Below the pieces are notes generated by a model. That model was not told the origin of the DNA. It worked only from the letters and a program-made list of their open reading frames with translations, and made no database searches. A program made the translations under genes and the position numbers. From Capsulimonadaceae bacterium (GTDB taxonomy: Bacteria; Armatimonadota; Armatimonadia; Armatimonadales; Capsulimonadaceae), in assembly GCA_965215505.1 (NCBI GenBank), contig OZ244065.1, forward strand, positions 3,200,001-3,264,000: DNA of 64,000 nt. The letters run 5' to 3'. Shown here one piece after another: positions 1 through 8,529 of this stretch; the stretch's first letter is position 1; each line of letters starts with the position of its first letter.

Positions 1-976
1 ACGGCAGGGACAGGGGGCGCTGGGGCGTTCCGTCCGTGCAAACGGCGGCGAGCTGGTCGCCCAGCCGTGTCATCCAATGGACGGTGCGGGGCCATTCCCA
101 CAGCGCGGCCCGCCACTCGGCGGGGATGGCGTCCGGGCCGACGCCCGCGCCGACGATGGCGCCCACGATGGCCCCGGTCGTGTCCGTATCGCCGCCGCAG
201 TGGATGACGGCAAGCACGGCCTGCCGGTAGTCGCGCGGAAAGCAGAGCCAGGCGTGCAGGGCGACCGGCACGGTCTGGTAGACGTAGCCCGAGACGTAGC
301 CGTCTGCCCCAATGGAGGCGGCAAAGTCCTGGGTCGTTTCGCCTGCCTGGGCGCTGGCCGCGGCGCGGCGGGCGAGGTCGAGGAACCCGGCGTCGTCCGC
401 CCCGAGCAAATTCTCCATTGTCCGCAGGTAGGTTCCGGGCAGGTCATCGGTCGGCCGACTTGCCAGGTGGGCGGCGACTGCCACGGCAAGCGCGCCCACC
501 TCGGCGCGCGGGTCTGTGTGGGTCAGCCGGGCCGAGGCGCGGACGAGGGCGCGCAGGCGGGCGAGGTCGTCGCCCCAGCAGACGCCGAGCAGGGCGCTCC
601 GCATGGCGGGACCATTGCCCGCCGACCGGACGCCGCTCCGGGCGGGCGGCACGCCGACGGAGAGCTTCAAAGTCGCCCGCAGAGTCGCCCAGCCGACCCC
701 CGCCGGCAGGCCGAGCAGCCACCCGCGCAGACGTCGGGCCAAGGCGCGGGTGAACGGGTCAGGGTCGCCGCCCGACTCGATGAGCGCCTGCGCGACGAGG
801 CAGGTATGCTCGGTGTCGTCGGAGACCATGCCCCGGTGCCCCAGCAGGCGCGGGCCGCCCAGGAACGGGAACATGCGCGCCTGACGACGCCGGGGCAGCC
901 CCTCGCAGGCCAGCCCGGCCGCATCGCCGACGGCGGTCCCCAGCAGGCAGCCGATGATCGCCCGTTCCCTGCTCAT
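1..976 (-). CDS. ADP-ribosylglycohydrolase family protein (3' end runs off window)
   Basis: Manual translation from ATG 976: MSRERAIIGCLLGTAVGDAAG...MVSDDTEHT...SAGNGPAMR, the ARH/DraG motifs. Start overlaps the stop of the upstream gene (ATGA). Absent from the ORF track because it is open at the window edge. Confidence 0.9.
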   Translation of the reverse strand, partial: MSRERAIIGCLLGTAVGDAAGLACEGLPRRRQARMFPFLGGPRLLGHRGMVSDDTEHTCLVAQALIESGGDPDPFTRALARRLRGWLLGLPAGVGWATLRATLKLSVGVPPARSGVRSAGNGPAMRSALLGVCWGDDLARLRALVRASARLTHTDPRAEVGALAVAVAAHLASRPTDDLPGTYLRTMENLLGADDAGFLDLARRAAASAQAGETTQDFAASIGADGYVSGYVYQTVPVALHAWLCFPRDYRQAVLAVIHCGGDTDTTGAIVGAIVGAGVGPDAIPAEWRAALWEWPRTVHWMTRLGDQLAAVCTDGTPQRPLSLP

Positions 977-1608
977 GGCGTCAGCCCGATCTGGTCCCCC
1001 AATGCGGCGGGGACAGGGTAGACCTCCTCGCGCGGCGTCAGCAGCCCCGAGTAGTCGCCCGTACCAAGGTGGCGGCGCTGGTCGGTGACGAGGGGCGTGA
1101 TGTCTTCGATGCCGACGATCCACTCGCGAGCGTACCGAGCCAAGAATTCCCCGCGCAGGCCGAGTTGGATCGCCCGCCGCTCGACCTTGGCCCCGGACGG
1201 ATGGTGGTCGGGGTCCCATTGAGATCGCACCTGCGACCGCGCCGCCGCTTCCTTCCACTCGGCCTCGCTGCCGTAACGCGCCGGGTCAAAGGCGGACGGC
1301 ACGGATTCGGCGAGGATGATGTCGAAAGCCTCACGCCGGAGCGAGATGGCCAGCACGGTTTCCTGGTTCTCCTTAGTCGCCCACCGGCAGCGGTACATCA
1401 TCCAGAGGAAATTTGGCTTGATCCAGCTCATACGGGATAGCGAGAACGCGCCGCCGAACCGGCCCTGTTCGGCGGCAAAGCGGCCGATCTCCGAGCGGTA
1501 CGCCTGGTAGACGACGATTCGCTCAGCGTCGGACTGTGCTAGGATACGCCGCCCCTGCTTGGGCCAGCGCTCTGACTGTTGTAGGTATGGCTCCGTCGTC
1601 AGGTTCAT
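973..1608 (-). CDS. DUF4291 family protein
   Basis: IVVYQAY, RMSWIKPNFLWMMYRCRWATKENQE, QWDPDH and RRAIQLGLRG motifs. ATG 1608 overlaps the NADAR stop. Confidence 0.85.
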   Translation of the reverse strand: MNLTTEPYLQQSERWPKQGRRILAQSDAERIVVYQAYRSEIGRFAAEQGRFGGAFSLSRMSWIKPNFLWMMYRCRWATKENQETVLAISLRREAFDIILAESVPSAFDPARYGSEAEWKEAAARSQVRSQWDPDHHPSGAKVERRAIQLGLRGEFLARYAREWIVGIEDITPLVTDQRRHLGTGDYSGLLTPREEVYPVPAALGDQIGLTP

Positions 1609-2039
1609 CGCAGTGCGCTCCGGACTTCCGTCAGGACCTTGCCGAGCATGTTCTTCCCCGTCCCCTTCTCCCCGCAGCCCCAGTAGTAGTCGCCGGGGGC
1701 GTCCTCGATCAGCTCCTCGTCGCCCGTGCCGAGCAGGACGGCGCGGATGTCCGGGTTCTGCTCGAACTTGGCGCGGACGGCGCGGCGCATGACGTCGTCT
1801 TTGACCGCGTCCCAATCGGGGCGGAGGGGGCGGGCGCGGTCGTTGCCGATCTGCTTGGCGAGCATCGGCGCGGGCGCGATCTGTACGGCGTACTCGTGCG
1901 GCGTCCCGGCGAACTTCATGGCCTGAAAATAGTGTTCGACGGTCTGCCAAGGTTTCCCGTCCACCTCGAAGCTGTGAGGGGAGAAGTTGGAGAAGCACCC
2001 GTAGGGTTCATTGCGCTCCCGGTAAAACTTAATCGCCAT
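1605..2039 (-). CDS. NADAR (YbiA-like) N-glycosidase / ADP-ribosylhydrolase
   Basis: FSNFSPH, TVEHYFQAMKF, KFEQNP, LLGTGDEELIE, DYYWG, GKNMLGKVL. Confidence 0.92.
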   Translation of the reverse strand: MAIKFYRERNEPYGCFSNFSPHSFEVDGKPWQTVEHYFQAMKFAGTPHEYAVQIAPAPMLAKQIGNDRARPLRPDWDAVKDDVMRRAVRAKFEQNPDIRAVLLGTGDEELIEDAPGDYYWGCGEKGTGKNMLGKVLTEVRSALR

Positions 2040-2052
2040 CATCTTGTTGCCT

Positions 2053-2108
2053 TTCGTGTTTATATTACACAAACGCTATACCACAAGAAGACGTAAATAC
2101 AACACTAT
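2053..2108. promoter_or_regulatory. Two NrtR-type operators (GT-N7-AC palindromes) flanking the NADAR operon promoter
   Basis: TTCGTGTTTATATTACACAAA (2053-2073) and AAGACGTAAATACAACACTAT (2088-2108). Minus strand reads TTGTAT-N16-TATAGC with TG extension. nrtR is adjacent. Confidence 0.75.
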
Positions 2109-2210
2109 CTGAAAAAGTCCGGCCCGGCCCTGAAGGGCCGGGGACTTCGGGGCGGCACTTGACTGGCGGGCCAGGTGCGTGGCGGGCCGGGTGAGGCCCA
2201 CACGAGAGGT

Positions 2211-2912
2211 CTAGTCTTCGTTCGGGGTGAACTCGTAGAGCAGGGCGGGCCGGTGCTGGCCGCGCTGCTCCTGATCGGTGGCAGCGAGGCTGCCGGTCCC
2301 CAGGACCCACTTGCGGAAGTTACGCTTGTCGTAGGGGCGGCCCAGGAGGATCTCGTAGACCCCCTGCATCTGGGTGAGCGTGAAGCGGGTGGGGAGCAGG
2401 GCGCGGGCGACGTGCAGGTCCTTTTCGAGTCGGGCGCGCAGGGAGGAGAGGGCGTAGTCTAAAATAGCCTGGTGGTCGAAGGCCAGCGGGCCGGGCAGGG
2501 CGGACAGCGGGAACCAGCCCGCATCGGCGGCGTCGGTGTCGGCGCGCAGGGTGAGCCGGTCGCTGGGGATGAGGGCGGTGTGGGCGACGGTGATGACCCA
2601 GGTGCGCGGGTCGCGGCCGGGGTCGCCGAAGGCGCGGAGCTGTTCCAGGAAGACGTTCCCGACGCCGGTCTCCTCGGACAGTTCGCGCCGGGCGGCCTCC
2701 TCCAGCGTCTCCCCAGGCCGGACGAAGCCGCCGGGCAAGGCCCAGTGGCCCTCAAACGGCCAGACCTTGCGCTGGATGAGCAGAAGCTGGAGGCACCGGT
2801 CGCGGACGGTGAAGATGACGATGTCCACGGTGACGGAGGGGCGCGGGAAGGCGTTAGGGTCGTAGGGCGGGTCGGCCTGCGGGGGCGGGCTGGTGTCGGG
2901 CGTGGTGTGCAT
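2211..2912 (-). CDS. nrtR: NrtR family Nudix-wHTH transcriptional regulator
   Basis: PSVTVDIVIF, WALPGGFV, Nudix box AARRELSEETG, RDPR, LAFDH, C-terminal wHTH FTLTQMQGVYE...DKRNFRK...RPALLY. Confidence 0.88.
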   Translation of the reverse strand: MHTTPDTSPPPQADPPYDPNAFPRPSVTVDIVIFTVRDRCLQLLLIQRKVWPFEGHWALPGGFVRPGETLEEAARRELSEETGVGNVFLEQLRAFGDPGRDPRTWVITVAHTALIPSDRLTLRADTDAADAGWFPLSALPGPLAFDHQAILDYALSSLRARLEKDLHVARALLPTRFTLTQMQGVYEILLGRPYDKRNFRKWVLGTGSLAATDQEQRGQHRPALLYEFTPNED

Positions 2913-2938
2913 GGGACACTTATTGTACCCTATGGCGG

Positions 2939-3886
2939 TCACACCTCATGTCCCCAGAAGTCACGCGCCAGCAGGGTGTTCGGGAAAACGGCCTGGGCCT
3001 CGGCCAGAAGCTCGCCTAGGCGGGACCCGGCATCGGACTCGTAGCGCGCGCTCAGGTGCGTCAGAATCAGAGTACCCACCCCGGCATCGCGGGCGACTTG
3101 GGCCGCGCCGGCCGCCGTGGAGTGGCCCGCGATGACCGCCCGGTCGGCCTGCTCGCTTAGGAAAGTCGCCTCGTGGACCAGGACGTCCGCACCCGCCGCG
3201 AGTTCCACGGCGGCGGGCGTCGGGGCGGTGTCGCCGCAGACCACGACCGTGCGGCCCGGACGGGGAGGGCCGACCAGCGTTGCGCCGTCAACGACTTGGC
3301 CGTCGGCCAGAGTCAGCGTCTCGCCGGCTTTGAGGCGGCCATAGAACGGGCCGGGCGGGATGCCCAGCGCCCGCGCCTGCTGGACGTCGAACGTGCCGGG
3401 GCGCGGCTTCTCGCGGACGGCGTAGCCGTAGGAGGCGACCCGGTGAGCCAGGCGGCGGCAGAAGACCTGCCGGTCGTCATCTTCAAAGATCAAGCCTTCC
3501 TGAACGGTCCGCACCGTCAGGGGGTAGCGCAGGCCCGTCCCGGTCAGGCGCAGTGTGACGCGCAGCCACTCCTCTAGGCCGGGCGGGCCGAAGATGGTCA
3601 CGGGAGTCTGGACGTCCTGGGCCGACGACCGGGAGGCGAGCAGTCCGGGCAGGCCGAAGACGTGGTCACCGTGCAGGTGCGTGACGTAGACGTGTTCGAG
3701 CTGGGACAGTCGGACCGGCGTCTGCATGTGGGCCGAGCGCAGGACCTGGTGCTGCGTCCCTTCGCCCGCGTCAAACAGCCAGAGCGCGCCGCGCTGGGTC
3801 CATTGGAGGGCCAGCGCGCTGACGTTGCGGGCCAGGCTGGGCGAACCGGCCCCGGTGCCCAAGAAGGTGAGTTTCAGGTCGGTCAT
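2939..3886 (-). CDS. rnz: Ribonuclease Z
   Basis: TFLGTGAGSP, DAGEGTQ, THLHGDHVFGLPG, exosite GIPPGPFYGRLK, GDT, HEATF, HST, LTHLSARY. Confidence 0.93.
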   Translation of the reverse strand: MTDLKLTFLGTGAGSPSLARNVSALALQWTQRGALWLFDAGEGTQHQVLRSAHMQTPVRLSQLEHVYVTHLHGDHVFGLPGLLASRSSAQDVQTPVTIFGPPGLEEWLRVTLRLTGTGLRYPLTVRTVQEGLIFEDDDRQVFCRRLAHRVASYGYAVREKPRPGTFDVQQARALGIPPGPFYGRLKAGETLTLADGQVVDGATLVGPPRPGRTVVVCGDTAPTPAAVELAAGADVLVHEATFLSEQADRAVIAGHSTAAGAAQVARDAGVGTLILTHLSARYESDAGSRLGELLAEAQAVFPNTLLARDFWGHEV

Positions 3887-3893
3887 TTCCCGG

Positions 3894-6494
3894 TCATTGT
3901 ACCAGACCCGGCGCACCATCTGCGGTTACGTCTGCCGTCAGATCTACCGTCAGATCTACCGTCAGGTCCCAGGCCCAGTCGTCCCACCAGGCGTGTGAAA
4001 GGATGCGCGCGATCTCGTAATCCCTACCGTCGCCCCCCTCGTACAGCGGCAGGCCGAGCGCCGACGACAGATGCCGGTCGTACTCGGCGAACAGCGATTC
4101 CAGGGCAGGCTCGACACCCAGAGGGTACACGGAGAAGCAGACCAGCCGGTCGTCCTCGGCCACCGCGACGAGCTGACGGGCCAGGACGCTGCCGCGCGCG
4201 TCGCGGGCGTAGACCACTTGCTTGTTGATGTCCAGCGCCACGGCCGCCGCCGAGTGCGTGAAGGCCCCGCCCAGCCCGAGGCAGCTCCCGACGTAGGTGC
4301 CCATCTTCAGCACCTCTAAGGGGTCTGACTCGGTGGCGAGCGTCACCTGCCCCACTCCGTTCACCTCCTGTTCGTGCCTCACCCCTTGGAGCCATACGCG
4401 CCGGTCCAGGCGCGGGTGCGCGTCCAGCCAGCGCCGCGTCTGCGGGTGGTCCTCGATGTAGCGGGCCTGGCCATCCCAATAGGCCCGCAGGAATTTCCGC
4501 AGCGGACGCCGGTTGTCGTCCGCCAGCCGCTCCATTTGAAGCGCGTGCGTGACCAGCCCCGGTTCTGCCTCGACCGGATATCCCTCTCCCAATGTCTTCA
4601 GCGCGGCCCGTTCAAGCATCTCCAGCCCGGCCCGCAACATTTGCGCCCCCATTTGCGCCGATGCCCGCTCCAATGACACCGGCGCGAGTGTCCTTGCCCC
4701 GGCCAGGTGTTCGCGCAGCTTCGGCGGGACCGGGTGGAAGACCTCCGGGTCCCGGTGCGCCTCCACCAGAGCCGCCGCGTCCTCCGGGGGCAGGGCGGCT
4801 AGATCCTGGGCGAAGAACGGGGACGTGCGGAACGGGGAGGTGACGGACTCGCGCACCGGCGCGGGCAGGCAGCCCAGCAGTTTCGCGACTTTGAACAGGA
4901 GGGCCGGGTAAGCCTCGAAACAGCGTACACTGAAATCGGGCAGAGTCCGGGTGAGCGTATAGGTGCCTCGCCCGATCAGTCCGGTATCGTTCGCGCGGCG
5001 GCAGGCCTCTTCCAGCCGCCGGAAGCTGGCGTCGGGGGCGTTCAGGAACCGCTCACGGAGCGGCGAAGACAGCTCGGCCAGGAAATCCGTCGTGACCTCG
5101 CACGGGTCGGACCTCTTGGCGAAGGGCGGGCGGCAGAGGCGCGGGATCAGGGCGAAGGCCGCCGGTAGATTAGCCTGAAGTTCGGCGGGCGTGTCCCACT
5201 GCCACAGGTACTCGATCAGGTGCCACACGCATTTCTCCTGGAACTCTTCCGGGATGCCCCGCAGCGTCGCCCCGAGTGCCCCAAGGTGCCGGCGCGCGGC
5301 CTGCCATTTGGCCTCCGCCTGTTCCTCGGGGAGATCGCCCCAATTGTCCCAGGACGCCGCAAAAAGTCGGAGACAGCGGTAGGCGACGTCCGGCGCGAAT
5401 CCCGTCCAGTCCGTCTTTTCCAGACACTCGCCCATGCCAGGCCGCAGGCCGCACTGCTCCCAGAGGGTCAGCAGCAGTCCCGAGTAGAACTTCTGACAGG
5501 CGCGGCAGTGCGCCCCCCACCGGCGGATCATCGGCGCGGGAAAGTAGCCGCTCCGCCGGACCGCATGGAAGGTGTGGGGCTGCCCGTGCGCGTCGGCGAG
5601 GCGGTAGCCCGCCATCAGATACTCGGGCGCGATCCCACTCATCAGGCCGTGCAGGAGCCAATATGCCCGGTACAGCGGGTCCGTGCCGGTCAGGGCCTCC
5701 GCCAAGTGTTCCGCGAAGGACGGCGGCAGGTCTTGGACGGGGACGGCATGCGCGCCGGACGCGGCCAGCAGAGACAGCAGCGGCGTCCACATCTCTCGGG
5801 GCAGCGCGGCGGCGAACCGGCACCAGGCGGCGGTGTTCGGGCCGCATTGCGGGCTGAACAGGCATACGGCGGCGGCAAGCCGCGCCGGGTCCTGGTCTAA
5901 TCCCAAAGCCCAATAGAGCGCCAGAGCCTCGGAGACTTCGGCGGGCGCTCGGCGGCGGACGAGGGGGTACAAAGAGGTGCGAAAAGGTTCCGGCAGCCGG
6001 GCCTCCGCCGCCCACTGCGCCGCCTCCGCTTCGCTCAGGAGGTCCAGGCGCAGGGTCCCGCACAATGCAGGCCGCAGGTCAACGGGCACAACCCCCTTTT
6101 CTTTGGGCGGTTTGTGCTTGGTGCCCTGATAGGCCCGTGGATGCGCCGCCGTCGGCCTGACGCGCCGCTCCTGCACGAGTACGGGCAGGGCGGGGTGAGC
6201 ATCCGGAGCCGGTCTGCCCAGCACGGTTTCGGCCAGCACCAGCCGCAGATCGGTAAGCGTGTCAGCCGAAGGCGGCCCCGAGACGCGGCCCAGCGCGACC
6301 CAGGCCGCCGCGAGCTGCGCCTTGGATGGGAACAAGCCTGGTTCCAACGCGGCCAGCGGGCACTCGACGATCTTATGCCAGTTGCCCGTCTCGGCGGCCC
6401 GCGCGGCGGCCTCGCGCGAGCTGAAATCGGGGGCGATAAGCAGCCGCGCCGTCAGCGCGCCGCTTTCACGAATGATGCCGATGAGCCTGTTCAT
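3894..6494 (-). CDS. Large hypothetical protein (866 aa), mostly helical with a conserved-looking C-terminal alpha/beta domain
   Basis: Long ORF starting 7 bp after the AAA ATPase stop. C-terminal DPLEVLKMGTYVGSCLG...DINKQVVYARD. Confidence 0.8.
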   Translation of the reverse strand: MNRLIGIIRESGALTARLLIAPDFSSREAAARAAETGNWHKIVECPLAALEPGLFPSKAQLAAAWVALGRVSGPPSADTLTDLRLVLAETVLGRPAPDAHPALPVLVQERRVRPTAAHPRAYQGTKHKPPKEKGVVPVDLRPALCGTLRLDLLSEAEAAQWAAEARLPEPFRTSLYPLVRRRAPAEVSEALALYWALGLDQDPARLAAAVCLFSPQCGPNTAAWCRFAAALPREMWTPLLSLLAASGAHAVPVQDLPPSFAEHLAEALTGTDPLYRAYWLLHGLMSGIAPEYLMAGYRLADAHGQPHTFHAVRRSGYFPAPMIRRWGAHCRACQKFYSGLLLTLWEQCGLRPGMGECLEKTDWTGFAPDVAYRCLRLFAASWDNWGDLPEEQAEAKWQAARRHLGALGATLRGIPEEFQEKCVWHLIEYLWQWDTPAELQANLPAAFALIPRLCRPPFAKRSDPCEVTTDFLAELSSPLRERFLNAPDASFRRLEEACRRANDTGLIGRGTYTLTRTLPDFSVRCFEAYPALLFKVAKLLGCLPAPVRESVTSPFRTSPFFAQDLAALPPEDAAALVEAHRDPEVFHPVPPKLREHLAGARTLAPVSLERASAQMGAQMLRAGLEMLERAALKTLGEGYPVEAEPGLVTHALQMERLADDNRRPLRKFLRAYWDGQARYIEDHPQTRRWLDAHPRLDRRVWLQGVRHEQEVNGVGQVTLATESDPLEVLKMGTYVGSCLGLGGAFTHSAAAVALDINKQVVYARDARGSVLARQLVAVAEDDRLVCFSVYPLGVEPALESLFAEYDRHLSSALGLPLYEGGDGRDYEIARILSHAWWDDWAWDLTVDLTVDLTADVTADGAPGLVQ
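3919..3966. repeat. 12-bp tandem repeat, about 4 imperfect copies (TCTACCGTCAGA)
   Basis: Read directly; encodes DLTV repeats at the C-terminus of the 866 aa ORF. Confidence 0.8.
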
Positions 6495-6501
6495 GGGTGT
6501 C

Positions 6502-7809
6502 TCAGTGCCGGAAGCCCAGTACTCCGCTGCCGGCCGACATCTCGGCCAGGGCCTCGGGGTCTTCCATGCGCTTCAGGTGCGCGCGCAGCTCGTCCACCTG
6601 GGTCAGTACCGAACGGGCGAACCGGTCATCCAGCGTCGCCGCGCCCTCCTGGGCCTGCTGCAAGGCGGCGGACAGGAACGCCTCCTTCAGATAGGCGGGC
6701 GTGAAGCCCTCCGTCCGCGCCGCCACGTCCTGCGCCAGTGTTTCCACGTCCAGCGACGGGGACAGGCGCGGGGCCAGGGCGGAGCGGGCCAGCAGGCGGC
6801 GGCCATATTCGGCGCGCTCCTCCGGTCCGGGCAGGCCGATGTGGAAGACGCGGTCGAAGCGGGAAGGCCGCTTCAGCAGCGCCTCGTCTATCTTGCCGGG
6901 GTGGTTGGACGACGCGATGATGAGCAGGCCGTCGTTGCTCCCAAAGCCGTCCAACTCGTTCAGGAAGACCGTCCGGTTCTGGTCGTTGACGAACCCGTCC
7001 ATGTCTTCCAGGGCGAGGATGCAGGGCGAGAGCACGCGGGCGCGCTCGAAGATGGTCCGCATCACCTCGCGCCGGCTGCCGTCCCGGTCCAGGTCGCGCA
7101 CATACAAAAACGGCAGGTCCGGGAGTGCGGCGGCGGCGGCCTTGCACACCATCGTCTTGCCCGTTCCGGGCGGCCCGATCAGCAGGACGCCGCGCTTCCA
7201 GGCGAAGCCCAGGGCGGTGAACGCCTCCCGGTGGTGGTAGAAGCCCTCCACGGCCTCGCGGACGCGCGCCAGCGTCGCGGGGGGCAGGACGATGTCGTCC
7301 CAGGTGACCTTGCCGATCTCCGCGTCCATGTCCGGCGCGTTCTCCCACCCCTGCGAGTAGCGCAGGCAGCGCCCCGCCGGGCGGTTGGTGTAGGCGATGA
7401 GTTCCTGCCCGAAGCGCCGCAGGGCCTCGGCACTGCGCCCGATGCAGACGACGTTCTCGCTCTCGTAGGAGCCGGGCGTCAGGACGACCTCCAAGGTTTC
7501 GCCCGCCCATTCCACCGCCAGCCAGCCCAGCCGCAGGTGTGCCCGCCCGCGCGCCTCGGTGTAGAACTCGCCCGAGCCGGGCAGCAGGCTCCGCAGCCCC
7601 GTGGCCTTCTCCTCCAGGAACTTCAATAATTGCGGGCGGTCCGGCCACAGCACCAGGGTCGCCGCCGTGGGCATGGCGCGGCGTATCTCGCGCACCAGCG
7701 CCTCCAAATACTCCGCGTTCTCGAACCCGCGCAGGGTCTCGTTCATCGCCTCGTGCCGCCACCCGGCGGGCTGGTCTTTGTCTAGCGGATCGGTTTCTGA
7801 TGGTTCCAT
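6502..7809 (-). CDS. AAA+ ATPase (paralog 1)
   Basis: Walker A GPPGTGKT, Walker B ILALEDMD, FLNELDG, SRH SSNHPGKIDEALLKRPSRFD. Confidence 0.93.
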   Translation of the reverse strand: MEPSETDPLDKDQPAGWRHEAMNETLRGFENAEYLEALVREIRRAMPTAATLVLWPDRPQLLKFLEEKATGLRSLLPGSGEFYTEARGRAHLRLGWLAVEWAGETLEVVLTPGSYESENVVCIGRSAEALRRFGQELIAYTNRPAGRCLRYSQGWENAPDMDAEIGKVTWDDIVLPPATLARVREAVEGFYHHREAFTALGFAWKRGVLLIGPPGTGKTMVCKAAAAALPDLPFLYVRDLDRDGSRREVMRTIFERARVLSPCILALEDMDGFVNDQNRTVFLNELDGFGSNDGLLIIASSNHPGKIDEALLKRPSRFDRVFHIGLPGPEERAEYGRRLLARSALAPRLSPSLDVETLAQDVAARTEGFTPAYLKEAFLSAALQQAQEGAATLDDRFARSVLTQVDELRAHLKRMEDPEALAEMSAGSGVLGFRH

Positions 7810-7830
7810 AATTGTATCGAAGTGGTTGTC

Positions 7831-7886
7831 GCACACCCATCAAGAAGGGCACACCCATCAAGAAGGGCGAACACAAGGTTCGCCCT
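7831..7886. repeat. 18-bp tandem duplication followed by a REP hairpin AGGGCGAACACAAGGTTCGCCCT
   Basis: GCACACCCATCAAGAAGG x2 abutting the palindrome; same REP at 11991-12015. Confidence 0.75.
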
Positions 7887-7944
7887 CCGTCTTATACGAT
7901 CCGGTCCCGACATCTGCTCAGGACGCCGCGCAAATCAGTAGGGC

Positions 7945-7984
7945 AAAGAAGTAGGGCCTGGAGGAATACCCATCCCCCAGGCCC
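7945..7984 (-). terminator. Intrinsic terminator ending the ncRNA
   Basis: Minus strand GGGCCTGGGGGA-loop-TCCTCCAGGCCC followed by TACTTCTTT. Confidence 0.6.
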
Positions 7985-8325
7985 CGGTTTGCTGCCATTC
8001 GTGCAGGCCACCACGTTTAAGTTCTCGGTTCACTCTAAGGTCGTCGTGTTCTACTGTTAAACTACCCCTGCGAGGCACTTAAAAAGTGGAGCAGGGAGGG
8101 GGAGATGCGCCCCCATCCGACAGACACCGACCGGGAACGGTTGATTCGGCCCGCGACAGCGGATGCTGAGGCTGGAGTAATAATCTCAGTCTGGGATGGC
8201 ACGGACGCTGCCTCTTCCGGTTGGGCTACCGCCGCCTGAAAATCGGGAAATGCGGCGGGCAGGAGTCGGACCTGCACTGGGGCGACCGGGCCGTCAATCG
8301 GAGCTTCAGTTTCAGCTTGTACTCA
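7945..8325 (-). ncRNA. Structured ncRNA with two tandem circularly permuted tRNA-like domains (Y RNA/YrlA-like topology)
   Basis: Module 1 (8292-8198): T-arm GCAGG-TCCGACT-CCTGC, acceptor CCGCCGC/GCGGCGG closed by a 16-nt loop, D-arm TAGCCCAACCGGAAGAGGCA. Module 2 (8132-8039): T-arm GGGGG-CGCATCT-CCCCC, acceptor TCCCTGC/GCAGGGG, D-arm TAGTTTAACAGTAGAACA. Promoter upstream and terminator downstream. Confidence 0.8.
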
Positions 8326-8331
8326 CGCGGC

Positions 8332-8340
8332 ATTATACCA
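8332..8340 (-). promoter_or_regulatory. Extended -10 promoter (TGGTATAAT) for the ncRNA
   Basis: Perfect TGnTATAAT on the minus strand; predicted start near 8325. Confidence 0.75.
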
Positions 8341-8374
8341 CAATGGGTGAGAACGAGGGTAGGACGAGTGAACA

Positions 8375-8507
8375 GGACGAGTGAATTCATTCACTCGCTA
8401 CGGCTGGAAGCGTCCAAGGGACGCGAGAACGGCAACAGCCGCATGGCATCCCGTCTTCTGTCCCCTGGACAGGTCTTCCATCAGCGAGTGAATTCATTCA
8501 CTCGTCC
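8375..8507. repeat. MITE/REPIN-like element, copy 1 (terminal palindromes CGAGTGAATTCATTCACTCG)
   Basis: Terminal palindromes plus inner GTCCAAGGGAC / GTCCCCTGGAC arms; related copies at 33356 and 60656. Confidence 0.8.
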
Positions 8508-8529
8508 TATTGGCCCTTCCTCCGTGCCC

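Noticed and set aside
77-1021. 314-aa plus-strand ORF
   Set aside because: Antisense shadow of the ADP-ribosylglycohydrolase gene.
973-1998. 341-aa extended DUF4291 ORF suggesting a fusion
   Set aside because: The extension overlaps NADAR in another frame; the coupled ATG at 1608 is the better start.
8039-8292. Canonical tRNA genes or tmRNA
   Set aside because: The halves are in permuted order with no anticodon loop. I saw no convincing tag reading frame or G-U alanine acceptor identity. Joining the 5' half of module 1 to the 3' half of module 2 does not pair (GCGGCGG versus TCCCTGC).
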